Positions 15,019 through 23,802 are shown, numbered from the stretch's first letter. The stretch is DNA of 64,000 nt from Alistipes shahii (GCA_963598795.1 CAVBUY010000005.1:4298-68297), one strand, 5' to 3'. The notes: generated by a model not told the origin, from the sequence alone. Translations and numbers: made by a program.

Positions 15019-17433
15019 TTAAATGGCGTGATAGTCTCCCAAGATGACGCCGTAGTTGACGACACCAGCGTAAGAAGTCGGGTTTAAGGCCGGGGATTGA
15101 GAATAAACCTCGGTTCCGTTAATCGTCGCGGCCAAATATCCGGCACTCTTCATCGTTTCGCCAGGATATGGGCTTGTTGGAACGGTTACGGGAACGCTTT
15201 GAGAAGCGAACGTAGATTTAATCGCATAATCCGAAGAGCAAAGGAAATAACTGCCGTCGCTAGGATTTTGATTGACGATTCCAAATTCGTGTTTTCCGTT
15301 TTCGTCAGTGGCGGCAAAGACCATTCCGTTCGGGATGGTCGAATAAGCTAAGTTGTTGCCGAAGAACGTTCCAGACAAAGATTCGGCGTAAGCATTGTAG
15401 GTTTCGCTCGTTTTAGATGTGCCCAAAGCAGCGTAAGAAGTCATAACTTGAGCATATCCGTCCAAAGTGGAATAGATGACTTTTGTACCTTTTGTCACGT
15501 TGACGTTGACCCCGCCACTAGTTAAGGAAGGCAAAGCCAACCCTTCTTCGTAGGCAAGCGGGAGATTGACGAGAATCAAATTGAACTTTTCGTTTGTGTC
15601 AAACGTTTTCAAGAACGACATATTGTAAGGGCTGAAAAGAGCGTTCATGTTTTTGAGGTTGCCAGCCAAAGCGCTGGCTCCTTCATAAGCTTCGAACCAA
15701 CCGCCTTTTCCAACGGTGTAGTTCGAAACGAACGAATTATCATCGAAAGCGATGTCGATCGAAGTGGTTGGGACGAAACTCGGGACCTTCGTGATATCGT
15801 CCGGCAATTTTTCGGTCAAAGGATTGGTGAAAATAAGAGGCCCACCGGCTTTGACTATCTCCGTGTTAGTTATATTGGCCTTGGCTGCCCCGTAAAAATA
15901 GAATGCAGCATTGGCGGAATCGCTGAAACGACACGATTCAATGCCAAATTTGGGGGCGATGTAACGGCCGTTTATTTGTTTTATGTTGCTGCTGCCGCTA
16001 CCTAATATTCCACCCGTTCCATCGGACATGGCAGACATATAGAAACGGGAGATCAAATCGTTTGAGAAAGAAGCGTCGATCTCGCTCTTGAAGAACATAG
16101 GCCCAGTCGCGTGCATTTCCGTATCTTCAGTCACGCCGTGGTTGCCGATAGCCTGAAGATCCTTGAAATTGATTTTGCATTCAAACGGGTCTTGGTTATT
16201 TCCATAAGCGGCGTAGAACAACGACGCATGGGAAGAAATGGCCTTATTAGTTTCTTGGGCTACACCTTGAGCTGAATCGGTCTTAATGTAAGGCAAGAAA
16301 TTTTCATCGCTCTCATCGTTATTTAGTGAAAGTCGATGCATATTTCCGTAAATAGTCGCGGTATCGCCTTTGTTTTTGAATTCATGATTGAAAATGCGAA
16401 GCCAGTCTTTCAAAGAGCCGACCACGGTTTTGTCGATTCCGTCCCCGCTCCAGAAATAAGAGGATGGCAAATCGTTTTTTCCGATGGTTATATCGTTTTG
16501 AATGACCAAATTGTCGGCGTCCGGCAAGCCAAGATCTGTTTTGAATTTCAAAGCCTCGGCATTCGTATTGTTGTTGGCATCCATATATGGCCAATAAGCG
16601 TTCGAATTGGTATAGAAAGCGAACAAATCCGTGGCTTTGGTAACATTATAGCCATTGACGACTTCAATATCGTAAACGATGTCAGCTTTCCCTTCGTAGC
16701 TTAGGGTGACTTTATAAGAACCGGTCACGTTATTTTTGAATTTGAGTTTTCCATCTTTGATGAAAGTCGCGGAATTCTCGATATGCTCTTCGACTGACAC
16801 ATCCGTCCCGTCTTTCAAAAGCTTTAAGGTGGCACCGGCAGGGATTTCGGAAAGAGGAACGACTTCCATCGTCGTTTTGTCGTATCCGTTCATAACCGGC
16901 AAAAGATTGACCTCATTCATGTTTCCGACATAGAAGTTGGCGGATTTCATAAAGCCAGTTTCCAATTTGTCTTCGCTGGAAGAGATGTTCGGATTCACTT
17001 TGTAGGAAGTCGTGTAAACGTAATTATTGTTAGCTTCCCAGCTAGTCAATGAATATTCTTTGTTAACGACATTATAGGTAATCGAATCCGTAAACGATGC
17101 ATTGTTGCTATCTTTATAAGTTACGGTGAATACCTTTCCGGTCGCTAACTCCGAGGTGTCTATTTCCGTGTGGGAAACGCTGTCCTTGTTATCTATCCAT
17201 TTCAATGTTTTGATTTTGCCATTGCTTTCGTTAAATAAGTCAATTGAAAGGTTGTCATAATTCGGGGTGGCGCCCATTATGTATTTGGTCGCTATGGAAT
17301 TGGCAACAATCTTAATTGAGCTCACTATTTCCGATTGGCTGGAATCGCTGTTATGATCATCATCGCACGCCGCTAGGCAGGTGGCAGCCACCGCCCCAAG
17401 CACCATGATTGACAATTTCGATATCTTTTTCAT
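15019..17433 (-). CDS. Large surface lipoprotein (Ig-like domains plus a probable beta-helix region)
   Basis: 804 aa. The signal peptide has a lipobox (LGAVAATCLAAC|DDD) and a GAGGAG RBS lies 7 nt upstream. It is the first gene of the four-gene operon. The beta-rich sequence contains segments such as NLVIQNDITI and NITNTEIV. Confidence 0.75.
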   Translation of the reverse strand: MKKISKLSIMVLGAVAATCLAACDDDHNSDSSQSEIVSSIKIVANSIATKYIMGATPNYDNLSIDLFNESNGKIKTLKWIDNKDSVSHTEIDTSELATGKVFTVTYKDSNNASFTDSITYNVVNKEYSLTSWEANNNYVYTTSYKVNPNISSSEDKLETGFMKSANFYVGNMNEVNLLPVMNGYDKTTMEVVPLSEIPAGATLKLLKDGTDVSVEEHIENSATFIKDGKLKFKNNVTGSYKVTLSYEGKADIVYDIEVVNGYNVTKATDLFAFYTNSNAYWPYMDANNNTNAEALKFKTDLGLPDADNLVIQNDITIGKNDLPSSYFWSGDGIDKTVVGSLKDWLRIFNHEFKNKGDTATIYGNMHRLSLNNDESDENFLPYIKTDSAQGVAQETNKAISSHASLFYAAYGNNQDPFECKINFKDLQAIGNHGVTEDTEMHATGPMFFKSEIDASFSNDLISRFYMSAMSDGTGGILGSGSSNIKQINGRYIAPKFGIESCRFSDSANAAFYFYGAAKANITNTEIVKAGGPLIFTNPLTEKLPDDITKVPSFVPTTSIDIAFDDNSFVSNYTVGKGGWFEAYEGASALAGNLKNMNALFSPYNMSFLKTFDTNEKFNLILVNLPLAYEEGLALPSLTSGGVNVNVTKGTKVIYSTLDGYAQVMTSYAALGTSKTSETYNAYAESLSGTFFGNNLAYSTIPNGMVFAATDENGKHEFGIVNQNPSDGSYFLCSSDYAIKSTFASQSVPVTVPTSPYPGETMKSAGYLAATINGTEVYSQSPALNPTSYAGVVNYGVILGDYHAI

Positions 17434-17580
17434 TTCAAACTCCTCGCTAAATGGCTTAGTTAAGCACGCCAGTTAATCTATCATTGTAACGAAGAGAAAG
17501 CAATCACATTAGCCTTCTACTTTAAGTAGAATGGCCGATATTTCATGGCGACATTTCAAAGAAACCAAAGATACGTCATA

Positions 17581-17607
17581 AGAAAAAGAGAAGGTTTTCC
17601 CTTCTCT
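17581..17607 (-). terminator. Rho-independent terminator of the feo operon
   Basis: On the minus strand: AGAGAAGG-GAAAA-CCTTCTCT followed by TTTTTCT, 14 nt after the stop of the HMA-fusion gene. Confidence 0.65.
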
Positions 17608-17620
17608 GTTTCTAGAAAAA

Positions 17621-18028
17621 TTATTTTAGCCTAACCGACGTCACATAATACCCCGCATCGCTGATGGCTGATCTTATTTTGGAGGGATTTAGCAATTGCC
17701 GGGCAGTAATGGTCGTGGTATTGCTTTTTCTCGATGATTTGACTTTGACCACATCGAAATTCTTTCTGATAATGTCGTTTATGTGGCTTTCGCACATTCC
17801 GCATTTCATCCCTTCGACGGAAACGATGTAGGTCAATGTTTCTTTTTTCCCGCCTTTGGTTTTCTTATTAGGGAGCGAGCACGCCGAGCAATTGCCTATG
17901 CATTCGCTTTGGAGATGCCCGCATTCGCATTTCAGCGTCCCTTTTTTCTTTTTCACGAAATGGGTGATTATCGGGGCCAAGACCAAGGCCACGGCCACGA
18001 CGATAATCACATATTCATACCATTCCAT
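17621..18028 (-). CDS. FeoB-associated Cys-rich membrane peptide fused to a heavy-metal-associated (HMA) domain
   Basis: 135 aa. An N-terminal TM helix and Cys cluster (KCECGHLQSECIGNCSACS) are followed by a ferredoxin-like HMA domain with GMKCGMCESH. It starts 3 nt after the feoB stop. Confidence 0.65.
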   Translation of the reverse strand: MEWYEYVIIVVAVALVLAPIITHFVKKKKGTLKCECGHLQSECIGNCSACSLPNKKTKGGKKETLTYIVSVEGMKCGMCESHINDIIRKNFDVVKVKSSRKSNTTTITARQLLNPSKIRSAISDAGYYVTSVRLK

Positions 18029-18031
18029 TGA

Positions 18032-20350
18032 CTAAGCGATTGATTTTTGGGCGGCTTTCTTGTTGTTTTTGACCACCAAGATAGCAGCCGTGACAACTCC
18101 GCCGATTAAAGCGAGGGTAACAAGCATTCCTGCCCACCAGGCAACTTCGACATAAAGGGCGCCGATCCAATAAACCAAAGCGGAAGTAACATAGGAGACG
18201 GCGAACCAGAACAACAAGGTTTTGGCGAATTCTTTTCTGGTTTGCTCGGCCCTGGCGGTCGCAATGGCAGCCATGCAAGGGAAGGTTAGCAAATTGAACA
18301 CCGCGAAAGAATAAACGCCATAAGAGGATAATTTGATGGCTTCAGCAAGCGTGTCTTCGTTACCGCCATTGAATAAGACGGCCATGGTTCCGACAACGTC
18401 TTCCTTAGCAACTAAGCCAGTGACTGAGGCGGCCGCATATTTCCAGCCGTCATCGCCGATTGCCCAACCGCAAGGATAGAAGATATATTTCAATCCAATG
18501 CCGATATATCCGATCAACGAATGATCGATATCCTCGACCATGCAGAACTTGTTGTTTTCCACCCCGAATGTCTTCAAGAACCAAATGACGATCAACGAAG
18601 CTGTCAAGATAGTGGCGGCCTTAATAACATAATGTTTGAGTTTTTCCCAAAGGTGGGCGCCGACGTTCCTGGCTTGCGGCAAATGATATTGCGGCAATTC
18701 CATGATAAACGGGGAAACGTATTTATCTTTGGTAAACACGCGCATGAAGATGGCTAAGATGATAGCCAAGGCAATGCCGCCGATATAGATGGTGAAGACG
18801 AAGACATCTCCATAGCCATATCCGCAAGCGCTGGCAACTCCGGCCAACAATGCCCAGATAGGAGCCTTCGCGCCGCAAGAGAAGCAAGTCATCAAGCGGA
18901 TGGTCCTATTCTTTTCAACGTCGTTTTCTATGGTTCTGGTGGCCATAATGCCAGGGACTGAGCACCCAAAGCCAGTAAGCATAGGAATAAAGGCTTTCCC
19001 GGAAAGACCGAACTTTCTAAAGGCCCTATCCAAGATAAAGGCGATACGAGCCATATATCCGGTATCTTCCATGATAGCGATAAATAGGAATAGCAACATG
19101 ATTTGCGGGATGAAAGAACATACGGCATCCAAACCATTCAATACGCCATCGCAGATAAGCGAGCCGTACCAAGTGGAGCTGGCGGCCGCGGCGGCCACGT
19201 CCCCATATTCTTTGAAGCCAGAGCAAATCCACTGGAATCCCGCTATGATTTTGCCAGTTATATATCCCATCCAGGATTGCAAGAAGACACCCAATGACGG
19301 TATGCCTTCCATGGCTTCGCCTTCATATCCCATTCCGGTGAAGAAATTGATGGCGGTCTCATTTGTGATCGAAAGCCCCATCTTGCCCATGAAGAACAAG
19401 TCTTCGCTGAAGGTGAAATGGAAGATGAAGAACATGATGACGATAAAGATTGGCAAGCCCCATATCCTATGGGTCAAGACCTTGTCGATTCGATCGGACT
19501 TGGTCCCTTCTTTGGCTTTCTTCTTTCTCTTTTTGCCTTTTTCGTCTATTTCGACTACTTCCGGCTCGGTTTCTTTCTTAACGACGACTTTTCCGAATTC
19601 CTTGGCGATGTATTTGTATCTGGCATCGGCAATCAAGGCTTCAAAGTCATCCCCGAAAGTATCGTCATTGAAAGTTTCTTTGAATTTCTCGACCATCGGG
19701 AGCAAATCCCCGTGGTTCTTGGTTTCTATTTCGTCGAACTCCACCAATTTGACGGCGTGGAACAAAGGATTTTCAACCCCTTTGCCTTCGAAAGCGATGG
19801 TGACATCCCTGATAAGGTGCATGAGGTTGTCGTTTTCGAGCAAGGTTTTGCCTTCTCTCTTTTCTTTGCTGGCTTTTAAGGCGGCACTCGTCAATTCTTC
19901 GAGGCCTTCACCCCTAAGCGCGGAGATTTCCACCACCGGAACGCCGAGTTTCTTAGACAAAAGCTCAGGATTTATCTTGCTGCCCTCTTTTCTGATCAAG
20001 TCGCACATATTGAGGGCGATGACGATTGGGACGTCTATTTCCATCAATTGGGTGGTCAAATAGAGGTTTCTTTCAATGTTGGTGGCGTCCACCACATTGA
20101 TGACCACGTCCGGTTTTTCGTCCAAGATGTAATTTCTCGAAACGATTTCTTCCGGGGTATATGGCGAAAGGGAATAAATGCCCGGAAGGTCCACTATTTC
20201 GAGCGGTTCTTCCAGTTTTTTGTAAACGCCGGTTTTCTTGTCTACCGTGACTCCGGGCCAGTTACCTACGTGTGCCGTGGATCCAGTCAAGATATTGAAC
20301 AAGGTCGTTTTTCCACAGTTGGGGTTTCCGGCCAATGCGATGTGTTTCAT
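18032..20350 (-). CDS. feoB: Ferrous iron transporter FeoB
   Basis: 772 aa. The N-terminal G-domain (GNPNCGKTTLFN, DLPG, NMCD) is followed by the polytopic gate domains. Confidence 0.95.
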   Translation of the reverse strand: MKHIALAGNPNCGKTTLFNILTGSTAHVGNWPGVTVDKKTGVYKKLEEPLEIVDLPGIYSLSPYTPEEIVSRNYILDEKPDVVINVVDATNIERNLYLTTQLMEIDVPIVIALNMCDLIRKEGSKINPELLSKKLGVPVVEISALRGEGLEELTSAALKASKEKREGKTLLENDNLMHLIRDVTIAFEGKGVENPLFHAVKLVEFDEIETKNHGDLLPMVEKFKETFNDDTFGDDFEALIADARYKYIAKEFGKVVVKKETEPEVVEIDEKGKKRKKKAKEGTKSDRIDKVLTHRIWGLPIFIVIMFFIFHFTFSEDLFFMGKMGLSITNETAINFFTGMGYEGEAMEGIPSLGVFLQSWMGYITGKIIAGFQWICSGFKEYGDVAAAAASSTWYGSLICDGVLNGLDAVCSFIPQIMLLFLFIAIMEDTGYMARIAFILDRAFRKFGLSGKAFIPMLTGFGCSVPGIMATRTIENDVEKNRTIRLMTCFSCGAKAPIWALLAGVASACGYGYGDVFVFTIYIGGIALAIILAIFMRVFTKDKYVSPFIMELPQYHLPQARNVGAHLWEKLKHYVIKAATILTASLIVIWFLKTFGVENNKFCMVEDIDHSLIGYIGIGLKYIFYPCGWAIGDDGWKYAAASVTGLVAKEDVVGTMAVLFNGGNEDTLAEAIKLSSYGVYSFAVFNLLTFPCMAAIATARAEQTRKEFAKTLLFWFAVSYVTSALVYWIGALYVEVAWWAGMLVTLALIGGVVTAAILVVKNNKKAAQKSIA

Positions 20351-20580
20351 TCCTCAACCTCCATAATAACCAAACTGGCTTCGTCTTTTCTAAGGGATAA
20401 TTCATAACCCCTGATGGTAATCTCGATAGGATCGCCAAGGGGGGCTTTTTTCTTCATCGACACTTTCGCGCCAGGCGTGACACCCATGTCAAACAACCTG
20501 CGGCGCAAACGGCCTTCGCCTTCCACCTTGATGATTAGGCCAGTCTCGCCTATCGCAAATTCATTGAGCTTTTTCTGCAT
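20347..20580 (-). CDS. feoA: FeoA family protein
   Basis: 77 aa SH3-like FeoA (RRRLFDMGVTPGAKV ... GDPIEI). It overlaps the feoB start by 4 nt. Confidence 0.8.
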   Translation of the reverse strand: MQKKLNEFAIGETGLIIKVEGEGRLRRRLFDMGVTPGAKVSMKKKAPLGDPIEITIRGYELSLRKDEASLVIMEVEE

Positions 20581-20592
20581 AATTCCTGCCTC

Positions 20593-20805
20593 CTATGCAA
20601 CAAGGATCTTTCCGGCGATGCCTTTGTCCAATGCCAACCTGACACCTTTGACGACGATTATCAAATTGCCATTCACGTTATCGATGACGCGAATGTCGGA
20701 ATCGATGGTTATGCCCAAAGATTGAAGATGTTTCTTCAGTTTTTCTTCCACGATGACTTTCTTGATTTTCAGATCAACGTTCATTGGGGCGATTATCAAT
20801 GGCAT
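20593..20805 (-). CDS. feoA: FeoA family protein (second, divergent copy)
   Basis: 70 aa, LQSLGITIDSDIRVI ... GNLIIVVKGVRLAL. GAGGAGG RBS upstream. First gene of the operon. Confidence 0.7.
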   Translation of the reverse strand: MPLIIAPMNVDLKIKKVIVEEKLKKHLQSLGITIDSDIRVIDNVNGNLIIVVKGVRLALDKGIAGKILVA

Positions 20806-20820
20806 GTCGTTCCTCCTCAG

Positions 20821-20836
20821 TTAGTTGTGGCTAACT
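20821..20836. promoter_or_regulatory. Putative metalloregulator operator, copy 1 (TTAGTTGTGGCTAACT)
   Basis: Lies 15 nt upstream of the first feoA start. It contains the inverted repeat TAGTT-N6-AACTA and is 14/16 identical to copy 2. The core GGCTAAC and the left arm TTAG match the DtxR/IdeR box as I remember it. Confidence 0.35.
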
Positions 20837-20916
20837 ATCTTCTCAAAAAAATAGGGCCTTAAGACTAATCGCGATTATGGCCGTGCGCATTTATTCGGAG
20901 GGCTAATAAACGCTAG

Positions 20917-20932
20917 TTAGTCTTGGCTAACT
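20917..20932. promoter_or_regulatory. Putative metalloregulator operator, copy 2 (TTAGTCTTGGCTAACT)
   Basis: Lies ~110 nt upstream of feoA. It is embedded in the inverted repeat AGTTAG-N6-CTAACT (20915-20932). Confidence 0.35.
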
Positions 20933-21021
20933 GCGAATACTCTATACCCATTTATATAAAATGCAACCAATTTGAAAAGAAAAAATTCGAAAACTTTGAG
21001 TTTTATCTTCCGATAGTGTCG

Positions 21022-22017
21022 TTATTGGCTGATTCCAAGACCTAGTTCGCAATCATGAATATTTCCAAGGAAAGCATTTTCTGCCTTTCTTACGATAGAA
21101 AGTTCCTTTTCTATTCCCTTTATAAGAGTGGCTGCGTGCTTTGAAACAATGTCTAAGTTCTTCCTAAATTTTGAAATATCTCCCTCAGCCCAACCGCTTA
21201 TGTAGGAAAAATTAAAGTTTTGGGTATCGAGGCCCAAATAAGTACACACGATGCAGGCAATGGATTCTGCCTCCACTTCCTTTATTTCCCTCTTTTCATT
21301 TGATGTGAGCCCTTCGAAATCTTTTCTATAAGCCGAATGGGCCAAGGCGTGTCCGCATTCATGAACCACGGTTGAGATTTCTTGAAGATCGGAAAGCCCT
21401 TGGAGGATTTTGATTTTATGCGTGTTATGGTTGCAAAGCCCAAAGCAACCTTCTATCAATTCTTTCTCGGTAACGTATTCGATGTCGTATCCAAACTCTC
21501 TGACGGTTTTTCTTAGCCCTTCCAAAATCTTGTCTTTATCCCCCACCGTTTCCGTTTCGTCGAATCTGAAAACGTCTATCTCCTTACCTTCGGTTTGGGA
21601 AACGTCGAATACGTGTCCTATTCTAAATCCACGGATGACATATTTGTCACTTATTTTGGTATCCCCATTTTCATTAGGCTCTTCGCTCTTTTTTAAAATA
21701 GGAGAGAAAATCTTGATGGATTTTTCCCCGGCTTTTATATGTCTTCCCAATGAATTCCATTTTTTCAATCCATAAACGCAGGTTGCCACGGGGTTCTGGG
21801 TGATTATGTAAATTTGATTGTTGAAAGAATAACGGCTTAGGTTCCCCATCGAAATCAAGACGTCTTTGTATTTGCCTTCTTTGATGAAATTGAGAAGAGA
21901 TTCGTCTATTTCCCGTATAACTTCTTCGATTTCCTTTTTGTCTATTTTCTTTGCTTTTGCTTGTCTCATCGTTTGGTTCGCAATGCATTTTCCATCAATG
22001 CATATCCCACTTAACAT
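21022..22017 (-). CDS. ArdC-like protein: ssDNA-binding N-domain plus HExxH zincin metallopeptidase domain
   Basis: 331 aa. The N-terminal half (YSFNNQIYIITQNP.A..V.G...W..LGRHIKAGEKSIKIF.P) resembles the ArdC/DUF1738 ssDNA-binding domain. The C-terminal half has VVHECGHALAH. The true start may be the internal MRQAKAKK. Confidence 0.5.
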   Translation of the reverse strand: MLSGICIDGKCIANQTMRQAKAKKIDKKEIEEVIREIDESLLNFIKEGKYKDVLISMGNLSRYSFNNQIYIITQNPVATCVYGLKKWNSLGRHIKAGEKSIKIFSPILKKSEEPNENGDTKISDKYVIRGFRIGHVFDVSQTEGKEIDVFRFDETETVGDKDKILEGLRKTVREFGYDIEYVTEKELIEGCFGLCNHNTHKIKILQGLSDLQEISTVVHECGHALAHSAYRKDFEGLTSNEKREIKEVEAESIACIVCTYLGLDTQNFNFSYISGWAEGDISKFRKNLDIVSKHAATLIKGIEKELSIVRKAENAFLGNIHDCELGLGISQ

Positions 22018-22470
22018 ATAGGCAAAAGTCCCCTTTATTTACATTTTCGAATAGATGATGGCTTAGCTTTAAGCGATGCGTGATGAAAAAAAGAATGCGC
22101 GCGTGCTTAAACCTCTTAAAAATATATGCCATAAAAGCTTGTTAATTTGATTTCAGTTTCTACCTGGTACATCGATTCCGATGGCAATGTAAGAAACAGC
22201 TTGCTGAATTTGAATCTTTTCGATTTCTTGCTAAACACCGATTCTTTAGACTGACACCAAAAAAACTTCGCGTTTATTCTCTACGGTTTATGGTTATCGC
22301 GTATTTCTGTGCGAACGCACATTTTTACGCATTAGTCATTGATCGTCGAGGCTTTGCTCAATATATTCGATTGACTCAATTCCATCCTTGTTGTAACGGA
22401 ATGGACGCAGGCGGATTTCTTCGGCGTACACCGCGCTTTTTACGATGGTCTACTTGAAAACCCGTAGGAA

Positions 22471-22504
22471 ACAAAAAGACCCCTTAGTCTGAAGCTAAGG
22501 GGTC
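22471..22504 (-). terminator. Rho-independent terminator after the tRNA cluster
   Basis: On the minus strand: GACCCCTTAG-CTTCAGA-CTAAGGGGTC (perfect 10-bp stem) followed by TTTTTGT. Confidence 0.7.
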
Positions 22505-22515
22505 ATAGATTCGAT

Positions 22516-22602
22516 TGGTGCCCAAGGCGGGACTTGAACCCGCACGGATTATGCATCCAGCGGATTTTGAGTCCGCCGCGTCTACCATTCCACCACTCGG
22601 GC
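22516..22602 (-). tRNA. tRNA-Leu (anticodon CAA)
   Basis: 87 nt cloverleaf folded by hand. Acceptor GCCCGAG/CTTGGGC, anticodon arm GCGGA-CTCAAAA-TCCGC, long variable arm, T-loop GGTTCAAGTCC, encoded CCA. Confidence 0.9.
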
Positions 22603-22654
22603 ATTGGCTGCGAAATGTATTATAGGTATTAAGCTTTCTTTATGCAAGAAAGAA

Positions 22655-22731
22655 TGGCGTGCCTGAGTAGATTCGAACTACCGGCCTCAAGCTTCGGAGG
22701 CTTGCGCTCTGTCCAACTGAGCTACAGGCAC
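22655..22731 (-). tRNA. tRNA-Arg (anticodon CCG)
   Basis: 77 nt. Acceptor GTGCCTG/CAGGCAC, anticodon arm CAAGC-CTCCGAA-GCTTG, T-loop GTTCGAATC, encoded CCA. Confidence 0.9.
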
Positions 22732-22771
22732 AGAACAATCGTTTAAATTTGTCTGTTAAGATAAAACGATT

Positions 22772-22855
22772 TGGTGCGCTGGGCGGGACTTGAACCCGCA
22801 CGGGTCTCCCCACTAGTTTCTGAGGCTAGAGCGTATACCATTCCGCCACCAGCGC
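22772..22855 (-). tRNA. tRNA-Leu (anticodon CAG)
   Basis: 84 nt. Acceptor GCGCTGG/CCAGCGC, anticodon loop CTCAGAA (one C.A mismatch closes the stem), long variable arm, T-loop GGTTCAAGTCC, encoded CCA. Confidence 0.85.
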
Positions 22856-22872
22856 GCTAGAAAATATTACTA

Positions 22873-23802
22873 TCACTCTGAGAAAAAGTCGAATATCGCT
22901 TGCATCACTTCTTCGTTCGACTCCGTGGCTTTGGATATGTCCATTTTTATCTCAGGAGGGCAATTTATCTCGGTTATGCCTTTTTTAAGCAGTCCGCCTA
23001 AATAAGCCTCGGATTCATGCGTATACATAACAGAATGTTTTGAGCCTTTTATGATTTTGTAAACGAACTTATCGTGATTCAATTCCCTATTGAGGATATC
23101 CCCATGATAAACGGGTGGCACAAGAGGGTCTATGTCTCCGACGATATATAGGAGTTTGCCTTGGCTTTTTTTGATTATGGGCCTTACGTCGATATTGGAA
23201 TTCATTCCGCCTAAGACCAAATTAGTCAATTTAATGGCGGGCTTGCCTATCTTTTTCAATAGCCCTTTGGAACGTGCCAACACCGCTTGGCTTGGCGAAA
23301 TGATGCCTGCAAGCGAAACGCATTTTTCGATCCTATATTCATTTTGGAGAGATAGCATCGCCTGATATCCTCCCCAAGAATGGCCAAAGGCATATCTATT
23401 TAAACCTTTGGCTCTCTCGTCTTTTTCTAGCCAAGAAAAGAACTTCTTTTGGGTATCATATACCCTGCCCAGGGATTTGATTTCTTTCCCTTCCGACCGC
23501 ATGCAGCCGAGGTTGTCGTAAGCGTAAACGAGATATCCTTCCTCGCATAATCTCGATATCTCTTTCATGTAGGAATTTCTGCCCGCCCCAATGCCATGGA
23601 AGACGCAAACCAAAGCTTTGAAAGGGCCATCTTTTTTGAAATAGCGGGAGCCGTCTATCCGATATTTCCCGTCCATAAAATAAAAACGTTCCTCTTTGAG
23701 GTTTAGCTCTTCCGCGGTGTAATAAGGGAGGGAAGGGCTTCCGTCCCACCTATGGTCCCATAATTTTCTGAGCCAATGAAGGCAAAGGAGGAAAAGCATC
23801 AT
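22873..23802 (-). CDS. Alpha/beta hydrolase (serine hydrolase)
   Basis: 309 aa. Nucleophile elbow GHSWGG and an HG oxyanion region (VFHGIGAG). Its start overlaps the GH3-like stop by 4 nt. Confidence 0.7.
   Translation of the reverse strand: MMLFLLCLHWLRKLWDHRWDGSPSLPYYTAEELNLKEERFYFMDGKYRIDGSRYFKKDGPFKALVCVFHGIGAGRNSYMKEISRLCEEGYLVYAYDNLGCMRSEGKEIKSLGRVYDTQKKFFSWLEKDERAKGLNRYAFGHSWGGYQAMLSLQNEYRIEKCVSLAGIISPSQAVLARSKGLLKKIGKPAIKLTNLVLGGMNSNIDVRPIIKKSQGKLLYIVGDIDPLVPPVYHGDILNRELNHDKFVYKIIKGSKHSVMYTHESEAYLGGLLKKGITEINCPPEIKMDISKATESNEEVMQAIFDFFSE

Noticed and set aside
18900-20063. 387-aa ORF on the plus strand, antisense to feoB
   Set aside because: It lies entirely inside the well-supported feoB gene. 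The translation is low-complexity (S/P/L/K-rich), with no RBS and no recognisable motif. It is a shadow ORF produced by the codon bias of the opposite strand. The smaller ORFs at 18521, 19103, 19418 and 20048 are rejected for the same reason.
20806-22515. Direct repeats of the tRNA 3' ends (att sites) delimiting the putative islands at tRNA-Leu(CAA) and tRNA-Pro
   Set aside because: I looked for copies of the last ~20 nt of each tRNA in the adjacent 1-3 kb. Only an 8-nt chance match was found (AGAATCGA, around 33724-33731). The island boundaries therefore remain undefined.
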